A DNA stretch of 34,190 bases, taken from assembly GCF_006345805.1 (NCBI RefSeq), contig NW_021829906.1, forward strand, positions 1 through 34,190, in the 5' to 3' direction. Each line of letters starts with the position of its first letter. The stretch's first letter is position 1. Made by a program: the position numbers and the translations under genes. Origin of the DNA: Octopus sinensis. Taxonomy: Eukaryota. The notes beneath the pieces were generated by a model that was given only the letters and a program-made list of their open reading frames with translations, ran no database searches and was not told where the DNA came from. Below, one piece after another: positions 1-12,077 of this stretch.

Positions 1-386
1 TGTGTGTGTGTGTGTGTGGTGTGTGCGTGTGTGTGAGTGGTAGTGTATATGTTCGTGTGTATGTGTGCATGCACGTCTAAAAATATATAAACATGCTGGA
101 TGTATACAGAGACAGGTGTCGAAGAAGAGAATGGGAGAGAGAGAGACAATGAAAAGTACATATATATACGCATTTAATTATATATATATATATTTGTGTA
201 TATATGTGTATATGTACACGCACACACATATATATATACACAATTACATGCATATATCTCTATATACATATGTATACAAATAATTAATTACACACACATG
301 CACACATCCATATAATACCCTGGATAAGCCAAACATCGTAACGTACAGTATTTTTTAAATATGACATCATATCCTAAATAGGGGCC

Positions 387-471
387 ATGTGTGCGTCACT
401 GTGTGTATCTGTATGTATACAATATAATTTATATTATATAATATATAGGTATGTATATATATATCTTATAG

Positions 472-502
<31 letters not shown>

Positions 503-533
503 CATACATATATATAAATATTATATATATATA

Positions 534-624
<91 letters not shown>

Positions 625-860
625 GGTCCCGGGTTGATTCGGGGTCACCACAGTAAGGTTCCTGAAGATTTCTCTTGAATGAAACAGTTCTAGTCCTGTA
701 GAAGCTCCTTCTATATAATAAATTATATATTATATTATATATACATACATATATATATATATATATCTATATATATTATATATATATCTATATATAATTA
801 TATATAATATATATATATATATATATACATACATATATACAGTCATAGATAAGTACAAAC
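387..860. repeat. (TA)n-rich microsatellite / low-complexity block
   Basis: Long interrupted (TA)n runs at ~420-622 and ~715-840; the overlapping ORFs are YI dipeptide read-throughs. Confidence 0.95.
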
Positions 861-1426
861 ATAACATATACCATATATGTGTATATCATCTGCCTCTGTA
901 TTGTGTTCATTTATGTATGGTTCGCGTAAATTCTTTGATGTTATGCGTGTGTGTATGCATGTAATATAATAAGGCAGTTTGGTGATCGATATTACGGTGC
1001 TCTACGTATATATGCATTTATTTCAGTTCATAAATGTGTGAGTATGTGTGTCTTTGTGTGTGTGCGCGTATTTGTGTGTGTGTGTGAGAGAGAGTATTTT
1101 CATATGTATGCATGTACGCATTAGTATGTAATTTTGCAATTATATAACATATAAGAAACAAAGAAAATATTCCAGTGATCATTGCTTCAACAGTCATTGT
1201 TACCACCATCTTGTATTGTAACGTTCGTTGTTCTTCGTCTACCGCGTTGACAATAAATTCGAAATTGAATTAAATTCAATTTATATGTGCTCTGTTTGAA
1301 TAAGAAATCTATTCAGCAATATTAATGTATGTTAAGATTAATGTATGAGAGTATGTGCATGTGTGAATGTTTTTATATACCCACATTAACATATATATAT
1401 AGATTGATAGAGAGAGATAGAGGGAG

Positions 1427-1468
<42 letters not shown>

Positions 1469-1557
1469 CATACATATATATATTTACATGTATATATATC
1501 ATGCCTGAATGTATGTATGAATATTCATATATGCATATTAAAAGAAATATAACAAAG

Positions 1558-1838
1558 CTATGTACAAAGAACAAACAACTTCAGTGGGTTGCATGTGTAG
1601 AGCTGGTAAAGCTGTATAGCCCTACGTAAGATAAATTCTTTTTGAAACGGAGAGAAAACATGATGTGCTGCATTGTAGACAAAGTAAACTTGCAGCTGGC
1701 CAGACTGTAACAATATTGCTAGGCGCCATGCGTGGATGTGGTCCGGTCGAAAGTTGATGAAATCGCAGTAATGTACGATCCTCGGTTGATGAAGAGAAAG
1801 TCCTTCAGAGCAAATCATTTCCAATGCGCATATGTGCC
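1558..1838 (-). other. Unassigned open segment; possible exon or decayed transposase fragment
   Basis: An ~90-codon open frame (HICALEMICSEGLSLHQPRIVHYCDF...) follows a (CT)n tract ending in ACAG on the minus strand. No family recognised and no convincing donor site. Confidence 0.2.
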
Positions 1839-2163
1839 TGTGTGCGTGAGAGAGAGAGAGAGAGGGAGAGAGAGAGAGAGAGAGTCAGAAAGACAGATAG
1901 ACAGGTAGACAAGACAGACAGATAGACAAGACAGATTGAGAAATCGTTATACAACACCTGTGATAAAAATATGCTCAACTAAATATTCCTAAGTAATAAC
2001 TTAAGTACACTCTCACGAGCGTTAAATACGCTCTCTACTGCGTACATCCTCTATTCATCTATTCCTAAAACTTTATGCATGTAGCCGTATAAAAGTTATA
2101 TGAATGACAATATCGAGAAACTGTGTGAGTACAGAACGTAGGTTTCAAATGAGAATGTCATAA

Positions 2164-2330
2164 TTGTGTTCCTTTTCACACCAGCTAGATCCTTTAGATA
2201 AACTGCATTTCCATGTAAAAAGAAAAATTTTGAAATTTATTCGAAAATTGAAAGAAAGTTTAAAAAATATTATAAAGTTCTGTAACATCATCCGATGTAA
2301 TGAGCACCTCGATTATCGTATTATATGCGT
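2164..2330 (+). pseudogene. Possible very old Tc1/mariner-type transposase C-terminal remnant
   Basis: Translation SHQLDPLDKLHFHVKRKI loosely resembles the SPDLNPIE/LD..W..KRK motif; no TIRs seen. Confidence 0.2.
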
Positions 2331-3739
2331 TTATTACAGAGAATGCATTGTTACTATTACATTTGTGAGAAAAGGTGCTCACGAGATGTGTTACCTGTTC
2401 ATTTGCTTAAATACCAATTAGAAGGATAATAATTCATTTGAGTAATAGTTCAACGAGACATTGTGGTGTAGAGAACGCGTCTATTCAGATGGATGTTTGT
2501 CGACTTTAAAACTGTTTAGGTGTTGTCTTATTTTGCGTAGTTTTGTGTTGTCTTATGTTGCGTAGTATCGCCTTGTCTTTCTTTTGTGAAGTTTTGTTGC
2601 AATAAGTTAGAATAAATTTGTTAGAATAGAGACATCTTTTTAAAACAAACCTCTCCCAGTTTTTATGCAATTGCTGTATCTTTGCATATTGTCTAGTATA
2701 TGCGACTTCGGTGTAGAAATTGATTTATTTCTTCTCAAGCTGGTATGTGTTGTGGGTCTCTCGAGTAATTTTTTACATTTTATTGTAATCTGAGTTGAGT
2801 GTTTTCATCTTCAAATATGTCTCCCAGTTGTCTATTTAGAGAAGGAACACATAAATCTTGTAGACTTTGCTACAATCTTTGCAGAGTTATTAGTGCTACT
2901 TAGTTTTAGAATTATGAGCTCCACGTAATCTAGAGTATAACGTCTTTTCTTCAGAGGCAATTGGTTGTTTACCATTTCCCTTTTGCCAGGTACAGTAAAT
3001 TTGAATGCTTATGAAAAAGCTGTGAAAGAACTATAAGTCGGAATAAAATATGACAGTTTGAAAAGTAAATAGAAATGGGGAAACATTTTACAATACATTT
3101 ATGAGTCAACTGATTTGCGTCTCAAATATCAGCACATGGAATGTATATAATATTTAAAAGAAAGATTTTAAGATTTCCGAGAAAGCATATGGAGTACTAA
3201 ACAATATTTTAATATACCCTACGTTGTTTGTATAAAGCTAAATATACTTCAATAGGAAATGTGTTCATATCTTGTTGGGTACAAAAATGTCCTGTATTGG
3301 AGTTCTGGAACTTGCGTTAGTTTGTTAATTTGCACAACGCTTATTTAGAAGTGCTAAAATTATTAAACGATATCAAAATTTCTGGAAAATATATAATATG
3401 CGCGATTAATTGAATTGATGAGTATGGAGTATTTATCCGAGTAGATTGTCATATAGTACTATCTTGGTGGGTGGAATTCTCCAAAGGGCGAGCATGTATT
3501 TCTTCACATGAGCACCTTTGATATTAAGACCATGTCCCAAAGTTTTGTGGCAATAAGCAGAGAATTTCAATATGTCCAATACATGCACCATCTTCAATAC
3601 ACAAAACTGGCCTGTCCTTGTCCAATTGATAAACCTCCATCGCCTTTAAAGAAATTCCTCACCATCTACTGATATCTGTGCTGAGCTCTCTCAGTCACCA
3701 ATTACTGTTGCGGAGTCAATGTACTGAAGTTGGTGTAGT

Positions 3740-4097
3740 GAGAACTTTTTCCCTGCTAGAAAATATTTACCAATTAAATTACATACCTTAATCTAACTAT
3801 GTAAAAAATTAATTTGAGATAAGGTGGTAGGGAATACACAATTCTTAGTGGGTAGCGTATTGTTATTATCGATGAAAGTGGCGTTGTATTTCGGTACGCA
3901 AACTGATTCAGTTACCCACCTCTGTACGTCTAGAGAACATTTACCTATGAAATTACATACATTATTTTAAATACGTTTAAAACTCATCTAAGGTGAGAAA
4001 CGAGAAATACATTTCTTCTAGGCAGCGCGTTGGCATTACCTTACTGAAGGTCATGGATGAGAGGGAAGATATTTCCGTATGCAAACTGATTCAGTTA
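3740..4097. repeat. Degenerate ~180 bp tandem duplication
   Basis: tatttcggtacgcaaactgattcagtta (3887-3914) and tatttccgtatgcaaactgattcagtta (4070-4097) match at 26/28; aaattacatac is also repeated at a similar offset. Confidence 0.6.
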
Positions 4098-4388
4098 TTT
4101 GCCTTAACATTGTAGCATAGAGACATGTAAATATTAGCACAATTAATAGGCTCAATGAGCTGTTATTTTAGTGTAACTGTTACAAAGCCTTATAGGAAGT
4201 GTCCTTTCTTCTACATAAGTTTCGAGAAAATATTGCTCTTCATTGTCTTGGAACCTTATATAGTTTGCAGTACTGTATACTTTACATTTCGCAAATATGT
4301 TCTTTAATGTTCACAAAATCGTAGACGTCGCAGATAAAGGATGTCGTAGTTTGATTTGTTTTTCGTGACTTCAAAATTTAGATCAGTT

Positions 4389-4772
4389 TTACTCTCTCTT
4401 TTAAATGTATCAGTCATTTGACTGTGACCATGCTGGAGCACCGCCTTTAGTCGAGTAAATCTTATTCTTTGTAAGCCAAGTACTTATTCTATCGGTCTGT
4501 TTTGCCGAACCGGTAAGTTACGGGGACGTAAACACACCAGCATCGGTTGTCAAGCGATGTTGGGGGGGGGGACCAACACAGACACACAAACACGCACACA
4601 TATATACGACAGGCTTCTTTCAGTTTGCGTCTACCAAATCCACTCACAAGGCTTTGGTCGGCCCGAGGCTGTAGTAGGAGAGACTTGCCCAAGGTGCCAC
4701 GCAGTGGGACTGAACCCGGAATCATGTGGTTCGTAAGCAAGTTACTTACCACACAGCCACTCCTGCGCCTAT
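4389..4772 (-). mobile_element. tRNA-derived SINE, family A (internal AC/AT microsatellite), full length
   Basis: Minus strand starts ataggcgcaggagtggctgtgtggtaag with B-box-like ggttcagtccc, then a CORE-like ttgggcaagt segment, a short internal microsatellite, and the tail ggtgctccagcatggtcacagtcaaatgactga. Near-identical to copies at 7521 and 22574. Confidence 0.9.
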
Positions 4773-5317
4773 TTTCCTAGTTTCCTGGAGGTAATTTCCT
4801 ATTAATTGCTTACCACTAAAGTGTTCTAGTTAGACTGCAAGGGAATATAGCTCTGAAACTACGTTTTTTGGAGCCTGTTCGTTGTTGCCAATATATATAT
4901 TCCTTTTTCATGGCAAAAGTTGATTCTATCTCCCAATGCATCAGCCGTAACATCGGAGGCGTCTTCGTCAGAATTCCGAACAATCTTAACAGCATCAACG
5001 ACGGTGACACTTCGGTGTTACTGTCAACTTTTCCTTGTTGAATTTACACTCACATATGTATGTGCATGTATATGTGTGTATGCGTGTGTGTGTGTGCATA
5101 TGCATGTATGAATATATTTATGTGTGTGAACAAATGCTGTCTATTCCCATATATATAATATATGAATATAAGGAGTAATGCATACAATTCACAAAATCTA
5201 TGACTGTCTACATGCATGACTTTGCATTCATATACAATTACCGTTTCATTATATTTCTGTTTTCCTGCAGAAAATTCCCTGCCGACCATTTCGAAAGAAG
5301 TTATGTATAAATACATA

Positions 5318-5319
<2 letters not shown>

Positions 5320-5366
<47 letters not shown>

Positions 5367-5432
5367 GTTATTATTATTATTGTTATTGTTGTTGTTGTTG
5401 CTGTTGTTGTTGTTGTTGTTGTTTTTGTTGTT
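5320..5432. repeat. Compound (TAT)n-(TGT)n microsatellite
   Basis: Direct reading; source of the poly-Y/poly-C ORF. Confidence 0.95.
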
Positions 5433-5509
5433 GTTATTACTCAGACGACTTCATGTTTTGTTGCCGATTATTTTAAATCTGTTTTATTGATTTATCTTCC
5501 TCCTGCGTG

Positions 5510-5529
5510 AAATGAATGAATGAATGAAT

Positions 5530-5584
<55 letters not shown>

Positions 5585-5585
5585 C

Positions 5586-5616
<31 letters not shown>

Positions 5617-5617
5617 C

Positions 5618-5660
<43 letters not shown>

Positions 5661-5750
5661 AAAAAGAAAGAAATAAGACAGAACGAAATAAAGAAAAAGA
5701 AAGAAAAAGAAAGAAAGAAAGAAAGAAGAAAGAAGAAAGACAGAAGAGAA

Positions 5751-5795
<45 letters not shown>

Positions 5796-5830
5796 AAAAA
5801 GAAAGATAGAAAGATAGAAAGAAAGAAAGA
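5510..5830. repeat. (GAAA)n tetranucleotide microsatellite with leading (GAAT)n
   Basis: About 300 bp interrupted GAAA array; source of the FLSF-repeat ORFs. Confidence 0.95.
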
Positions 5831-6294
5831 GCAAATACATGGGCGAATGAATGAATGGATGGAAAGAAATAATGACAGTATAAGGAACAAGAGATGCATA
5901 AGTGAATGCGCGACCAGGAGTCTCCATTGATTTGAGGGACGCAGGAGGAGACTTCGTGCTGATAGCACATGCCCTTGCTATTGCTATTGTTGTTGCAGTT
6001 GCTGTGTGGTCCGCCCCAATATCGGCCCTGATTAAGCAGATCTATGATCAAATACGTTCTTATCATGACCGTCCCTTCTCTTTATTCGGACGCCGAATAC
6101 CTGAGGCAACATTAAGCAGTGACATTTCGAAAAAAGAATGCGCCATTTAATGCTTCTAATTCACCGTCCTGCTACTGAGGAAAATCATGTTTGATTTGCT
6201 AAAAGCAATATTTTATTACTCTCTCACCTATACTATCCGAAGTTTTTATACAGCACCGGTCACAACACACTTTCTCGCATTCTTTTAGCTTTCA

Positions 6295-6509
6295 AATGAT
6301 GCTATCCTCCTGGGTTCGCGTTAAAGCACCACCCATCTCCTAAACGGGATGCAAGTCTGTTGCCTAGTAACTCCTCTACTGCTGTGTGGACGGGAGCAAA
6401 GTGAAATGAAGTGCTTTGCTCGAAAACAAAGCGCACCAGCTGGTCTGGGAATCGAAACCGCGATCATTTACTGGTGAATGCGACGCCCTAACCACTTGAC
6501 TACACGCCT
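6295..6509 (-). mobile_element. Degenerate tRNA-derived CORE-type SINE (family D)
   Basis: Minus strand reads aggcgtgtagtcaagtggttagggcgtcgc (A-box), ggtttcgattccc (B-box), then CORE-like gagcaaagcacttcatttcactttgctcc. Confidence 0.7.
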
Positions 6510-6541
6510 ATATAACAAGTATACATAGATGCAATTCGTAC

Positions 6542-6736
6542 TTCATATAGATTCCCATTCAAGCCGCATGATGGTTCCTTTTTTTCTGATTCCTGTAGGG
6601 TTTTGAGTAAAGAACCAACCGACATCCGCATAAGAATATGCTTGGTTACATGTTCCATGATTTTGCTCATTAGGCGCGTATATAGCTGCGAAGAGATATA
6701 GATGCTCTTTGATTCCTCCACTCTAGGATATGACAA
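6542..6736 (-). pseudogene. Possible decayed L1/Tx1 apurinic-endonuclease fragment (alternatively a 195-nt exon)
   Basis: One frame gives LFAAIYAPNEQ, like the APE 'IYAPN' motif. Another frame is open for 65 codons between ccctatag| and |gtacga. Ambiguous. Confidence 0.3.
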
Positions 6737-6767
6737 CTATAGGGAAAGAGATTTGCTCCAACTTTCA

Positions 6768-6890
6768 GTTGGCACTTATATTCAATTAAATCAGACTTGG
6801 AGCAATGTGAAATGAAATGCCTGCACAAATGAAATGGCTGGCTCAGTGACACAAAGTGCACGGACCCGTAATTTGAACGTACAATATTTT
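6768..6890 (-). mobile_element. Old CORE-SINE fragment
   Basis: acttggagcaatgtgaaatgaaatgcc resembles the CORE segment of the 6295-6509 copy. Confidence 0.45.
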
Positions 6891-7076
6891 CATTGTGGGA
6901 CGAACAAATATCTCTAACCTCTGGGCCTTGAGTTTTCACTTGTCTTTTTCTTTTTGTCTATTCATGTAATGTTCGTATAGGTACAAATTTTAAATACCAA
7001 TAGGAGACATGTTGATAACTTAATATGGAGAGATTGTTGACAATTCATAAACTACATCACCAATAGTTAACTAGCT

Positions 7077-7124
<48 letters not shown>

Positions 7125-7338
7125 ATCTATCAATCTGTGTGTATAAATATATATATATGCAGAAGGTTTGCTCCAACTTTCAACTTACTAAAATGGTCTT
7201 CATGAAAAAATTGTTTTAGCATTTCTACCTTATCTTATTTTCCTAATATATATATACACACACACACTCACACACACACACTCACACACACACACACACA
7301 CACATACGCATATATACACACATACACATACATATATA

Positions 7339-7381
<43 letters not shown>

Positions 7382-7520
7382 GAAAATATAAATAGTTTTA
7401 AAACAGTATTAATATCCAGCAAGAATAAAGTACCTTATTAGTAGAATTGTAAATATATAAAGCAGGCGTCTACGAAGTATGATCATTACTAGAAATAGTA
7501 GCCGGTATGTTTACGACGCT

Positions 7521-7896
7521 ATACTCATTTACTCTTTTACTTGTTTCAGTCAATTGAATGCGGCCATGCTGGAGCACCGCCTTTTAGTCGATCAAATCGA
7601 CCCCGGGACTTATTCTTTGTAAGTCCAGTACTTATTCTATCGGTCTCTTTTGCCGAACATCTATGTGACGGGGACGTAAACACACCAGCATCGATTGTCA
7701 AGCAATGCTAGGGGGACAAACACAGACACACAAACACACACACACATATATGTATATATATACATATATACGACAGGCTTCTTTCAGTTTCCGTCTACCA
7801 AATCCACTCACAAGGCATTGGTCGGCCCGGGGCTATAGCAGAAGACACTTGCCCAAGATGCCACGCAGTGGGACTGAACCCGGAACCATGTGGTTG
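7521..7896 (-). mobile_element. tRNA-derived SINE family A, missing the 5'-most ~35 nt
   Basis: Matches 4389-4772 but stops at aaccatgtggttg; the A-box head is absent. Confidence 0.9.
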
Positions 7897-7917
7897 TAGA
7901 TCTTCACTAAATATTTA

Positions 7918-8118
7918 CAGGCAGAGATGTGTGCGGGAGGCGAATATAGGAAAATTCTATCTTACCTCTACGGAGACCGTTAGAGGATTAAAGAATAGCT
8001 TAATACTGCAGTTTCAAAGTTTTCAGATCACGTGAGCGAGCGCGAATCTGATTAGTTATTTTCATTTGAGTCTACCGTGGCCGACCAAATTTTAAACTAC
8101 CCACTACATCTCTGCCTG
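7918..8118. mobile_element. MITE-like element with 13-bp terminal inverted repeats
   Basis: caggcagagatgt (7918-7930) and acatctctgcctg (8106-8118) are exact inverted repeats. There is an internal hairpin cctctacgg-aga-ccgttagagg. Confidence 0.55.
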
Positions 8119-8140
8119 CTTACTCGGCTTATAGACTTTC

Positions 8141-8476
<336 letters not shown>

Positions 8477-8619
8477 TAGTTGAATGAATTATCTTATTAT
8501 GGATAATTCGGTTAACCGATACCTGGGTAGCAAATTCACGTCAGAAAAACACGGATGAAGCTACTTGCCAAGGGCAGAGATCACGTGCTTTCCTGTGGAA
8601 ATTTGTGTGTCATTTTTAA

Positions 8620-8735
8620 TACAAATAAATGACAGAATGGAGTTGAACGACGAATTAACAAAATTTTGTTAATCTGTCGAGAATAAAGGAATATTGTTAA
8701 TTCGTCGTTCAACTCCATTCTTTCATTTATTTGTA
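8620..8735. repeat. Long inverted repeat (42-bp arms), MITE/foldback-like
   Basis: 8620-8661 versus the reverse complement of 8694-8735: 41/42 identical, 32-nt spacer. Confidence 0.85.
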
Positions 8736-8800
8736 ATATATATATATATATCTATATATATATATATTATATATATATATATAACATGGCTTATTTAAAA

Positions 8801-8956
8801 CAGTTTGTTTCGGTCCCATGAAGCTCAAATTTTCGCGGGCCTCTAACAGAAGTCCGTTACTTTCGGGCTTTAAATTACCGAATTCAAAGCCTGAAAGGGA
8901 CGGACTTCTCTTAGACGCCCGCGAAACTCTAAGTCGTACAGAGCTGATTCAAACTG
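8801..8956. repeat. Imperfect ~156 bp palindrome, MITE/foldback-like
   Basis: 8831-8871 pairs with 8886-8926 at 36/41; outer cagtttg/caaactg ends. Confidence 0.8.
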
Positions 8957-9103
8957 TCATAGATAGATAGATACATAGATACATACATACATACATACAT
9001 ACATACATACATACATACATACATACATGCATACATGCATACATACATAGATGTATACGAACTTGCGAATCAGCCGTGTTGAGATTTGGACTTGGAATGG
9101 ATG

Positions 9104-9381
9104 GAAGCACTCCGTCGGTTAAGACGACGAGGGTTCCCGTTGATCCGAATCAACGGAACAGCCTGCTCGTGAAATTAACGTGTAAGTGGCTGAGCACTCC
9201 ACAGACACGTGTACCCTTAACGTAGTTCTCGGGGATATTCAGCGTGACACAGAGAGTGACAAGGCCGGCCCTTTGAAATACAGGTACAACAGAAACAAGA
9301 AGTAAGAGTGAGAGAAAGTTGTGGTGAAAGAGTACAGCAGGGATCACCACCATCCCCTGCCGGAGCCTCGTGGAACTTTTA
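9104..9381 (-). mobile_element. tRNA-derived SINE family B, 5'-truncated, with TSD
   Basis: Reverse complement of the 19277 and 21897 copies, lacking the tRNA head; ggacttggaat is duplicated at 9088-9098 and 9382-9392. Confidence 0.92.
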
Positions 9382-10081
9382 GGACTTGGAATATGATGGG
9401 AAGGCAACTAATCAAAAGACTCGCTTTCTTTCAGTTTTTTTTTTTCTGATTCTGCTATCGATCCTCATTTTACATATGAATATATTTCTTTGTTTTTCCT
9501 CCTGTCCCATTCCACTCGTAAGTTTGAAATATTGTCATATTCCCATATACTGTAAATCTTTCTGTAAATGTTCTTGTTATTGCAAAGGTTGGATGTGTTT
9601 GTAATGGAACTGAGGTGAACAAAACTGTGAGCAAACACATTTCATTCATGGTCTTTCTATACATCAAGGACTACTAGTCTTCTATTTGCCCTTCTTTTCT
9701 AAGGCTGTAGTGTGTAATTTGAAACGTGTCTGGCTGTTATTTTTAGCAAATCAACCGAAAACGTAAAGATTGATATCTCTACTATGATCCTGTTGTTGAC
9801 CCTTGGTAATGTTGTTGTCGTCGTCGTTATTGTCATGTAGAACCATGTTATTCCAGCTGGGATAACGCCCTCTGGTTTTCCCACTTTTCTTGTCCACCTA
9901 ACTGTAACTGTAACTAATATTTGAAAATGGCAATGCATGGTTTGAGGGATAATTGCCAGTTAATTCCAGTAGGTTGAGCAAAATAGACTGGAGAATATTC
10001 AAACAACTGACTGATGAGCAGAAATATATTATTTCAAAGCATTATATGTTCGTCAATATCCTATTATATTAAATGTGTGTA

Positions 10082-10118
<37 letters not shown>

Positions 10119-10734
10119 AAAACACAAGGTAAATATAAAACTCACTCACAGGCACATATATTACAAATAATCCTCCATAGAGTTTAAATGCTCAACACAT
10201 TTAGCTAAGATTTTCCTAAATCTCATAAATAACCATTTTCACGTACAGCAGAGCAATGATAAAATCTCTAGTAGAAAACTGTTATTGTGATCTACACTTG
10301 CACCCAAAACTCTTCGCTACTTCTATGACTAATATAGGCAGAAAATTTTGTAGCATTAAGACACAATATCTTCCCATCTATGTTATTGTAACGACATTAA
10401 TACCTACTCTGACAACGATATATGTCTTTGTAAAACGTTAATTCATCAAACCAATGTATTCCTTGCAAATAACTGCAAAGCAAGAGTTATGCAGGCATTC
10501 TGAAAATCAATTTTAAAAACATATTCTAACAACATACGCACACGTTCAAATATTCAAAATGGTACTTCACTTCCTCACTATTGAAATTGTCCAGGTTATC
10601 ATATTTATGACAGTATATCGTGAGTAGAGGGAGACTTGTCTACTAAACTTAACGGATGAAGAGACCACTTAAACACTATCTCTTTGTCTCAACTGAAGTT
10701 GTGCTTGCTTATAATTGCTCTTTTTGTTGTTCAT

Positions 10735-10890
10735 TGTAGTTGCTGATCGGTTTGTCGTTGTTGTGGTGTTGTTGATGGTAGTTGTAGTTGTTGTGGTTGT
10801 TGTGGTTACTTATTTTATTGTTGTTTTTGTTGTTGTTGTTGATGATGATGATGAGGATGAGGATGATGATGACTATGATAATAATGAAGA
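10735..10890. repeat. Mixed (GTT)n/(GAT)n trinucleotide low-complexity tract
   Basis: Direct reading; explains the poly-V/poly-D and poly-N/poly-I ORFs. Confidence 0.9.
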
Positions 10891-11378
10891 CGCTATTAAA
10901 CATTAGTTCAGCTCTAGTCCAGTAGCCCTATGAGCGAAAACAATCTAGCTGGGATTGTCTCTCCTTAATAATCTTATAAAGAAGTATTTCTCTGTACAAT
11001 GTAACTCTGTTGTACGATGCGAACCGAGGGATATTTGACTGTTCTGTCAAGAACATTGTGGGAGTCCAAAGAAGTTTATTTGTCCGTGGTGTTGCTGGTT
11101 TTCTTGCAGTTGTTGTCCTTCCTATAGTTGAGTTTCTCAAGTGGATGTTGCTTTCAATGAACCAATATGCCTTACTAGGTCTGGAATGGCTACAAAATTC
11201 AAGTAAAAAAAAAAGACGTGTACAATCCATTGACCTTTACGGAGATGTACTCGCATAGCAAGTGATTTGATCTGAGATCGTGTGCTGGAACGAAAACAAT
11301 TGCAGCGTGGAAGGTGTTTGTAAGCCATTTAAGAAACACACAAAAGCCGTTCGATTCACTTCAACATTTAAGTTTAAT

Positions 11379-11426
11379 TTGTCAAAATATTTTCGTCGCT
11401 AAAATCCGCGACCTGTTCACTGACAA
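11379..11426 (-). ncRNA. Candidate minimal type I hammerhead ribozyme variant (G3-C8 core), probably within a Penelope-like repeat end
   Basis: Minus strand: UUGUCA-GUGAACA-G-GUCGC-ggauuuua-GCGAC-GAA-AAUAUU-U-UGACAA. This gives a 6-bp stem I, a 5-bp stem II, a palindromic stem III and ATTAAA downstream. Confidence 0.55.
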
Positions 11427-11828
11427 AAATCCGTGCTGCATCTCTTGACCGTAACCTCAGAATATTTCTGATGTTTCATTTATATACTACTGTAGCATAT
11501 AAGAAGAAAAAAAAGAAACAACTCTGATATGGACAGATACTATGTAGTCAAGAAAAGCAGGACTTCACAGTGACGGCTCCAACGGACCATTCTGTTTAAC
11601 TTCTATTATTATTGAATTACTTCTTATTGCTGTTTTGTCGAATGTTTGCACTGAGCGAGGTAAATTGAGGAGAAATCCGTTCTATCCATAGCATAATTCA
11701 GTTTCCCAGCTAAATAGTGGTCCAGTTTGTCTATTACTTCGGTGCATAAGTCGTTTATCCTAGGTAAAATAAACTATTATACATAACTAGTTATACAGTA
11801 AAAACACACACATACAAATACACAGACA

Positions 11829-11918
<90 letters not shown>

Positions 11919-12077
11919 TGGAGAAATTATACAAAATGTATAATTAGAAGATGAGTAAAGCACCGGCACAGTTTCGATTACCTGTTGTTATCCGTAGATT
12001 TATTTCAGGAACTTCGTAGTCGCGGTTGGGGTAACAGTATTAATAAAATAGAGGAAGTGAGTAACATATTTTATTGG

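Noticed and set aside
662-697. CUGAAGA...GAAA spacing on the plus strand, resembling a hammerhead
   Set aside because: Stem II has a U-U mismatch at its base and no convincing stem I forms; at best a decayed relic.
4860-5010. Minus-strand peptide containing GIYILATTNRL, like an AAA-ATPase motif
   Set aside because: Short isolated match with no Walker A/B context or splice support; likely chance.
10011-10030. CUGAUGA-gca-GAAA-uauauu
   Set aside because: No room for stem II and no stem I complementarity.
11010-11258. 82-aa hydrophobic ORF, with a 100-aa ORF on the opposite strand
   Set aside because: Only a vague resemblance to membrane proteins, no recognisable family, and no consistent splice-site pair.
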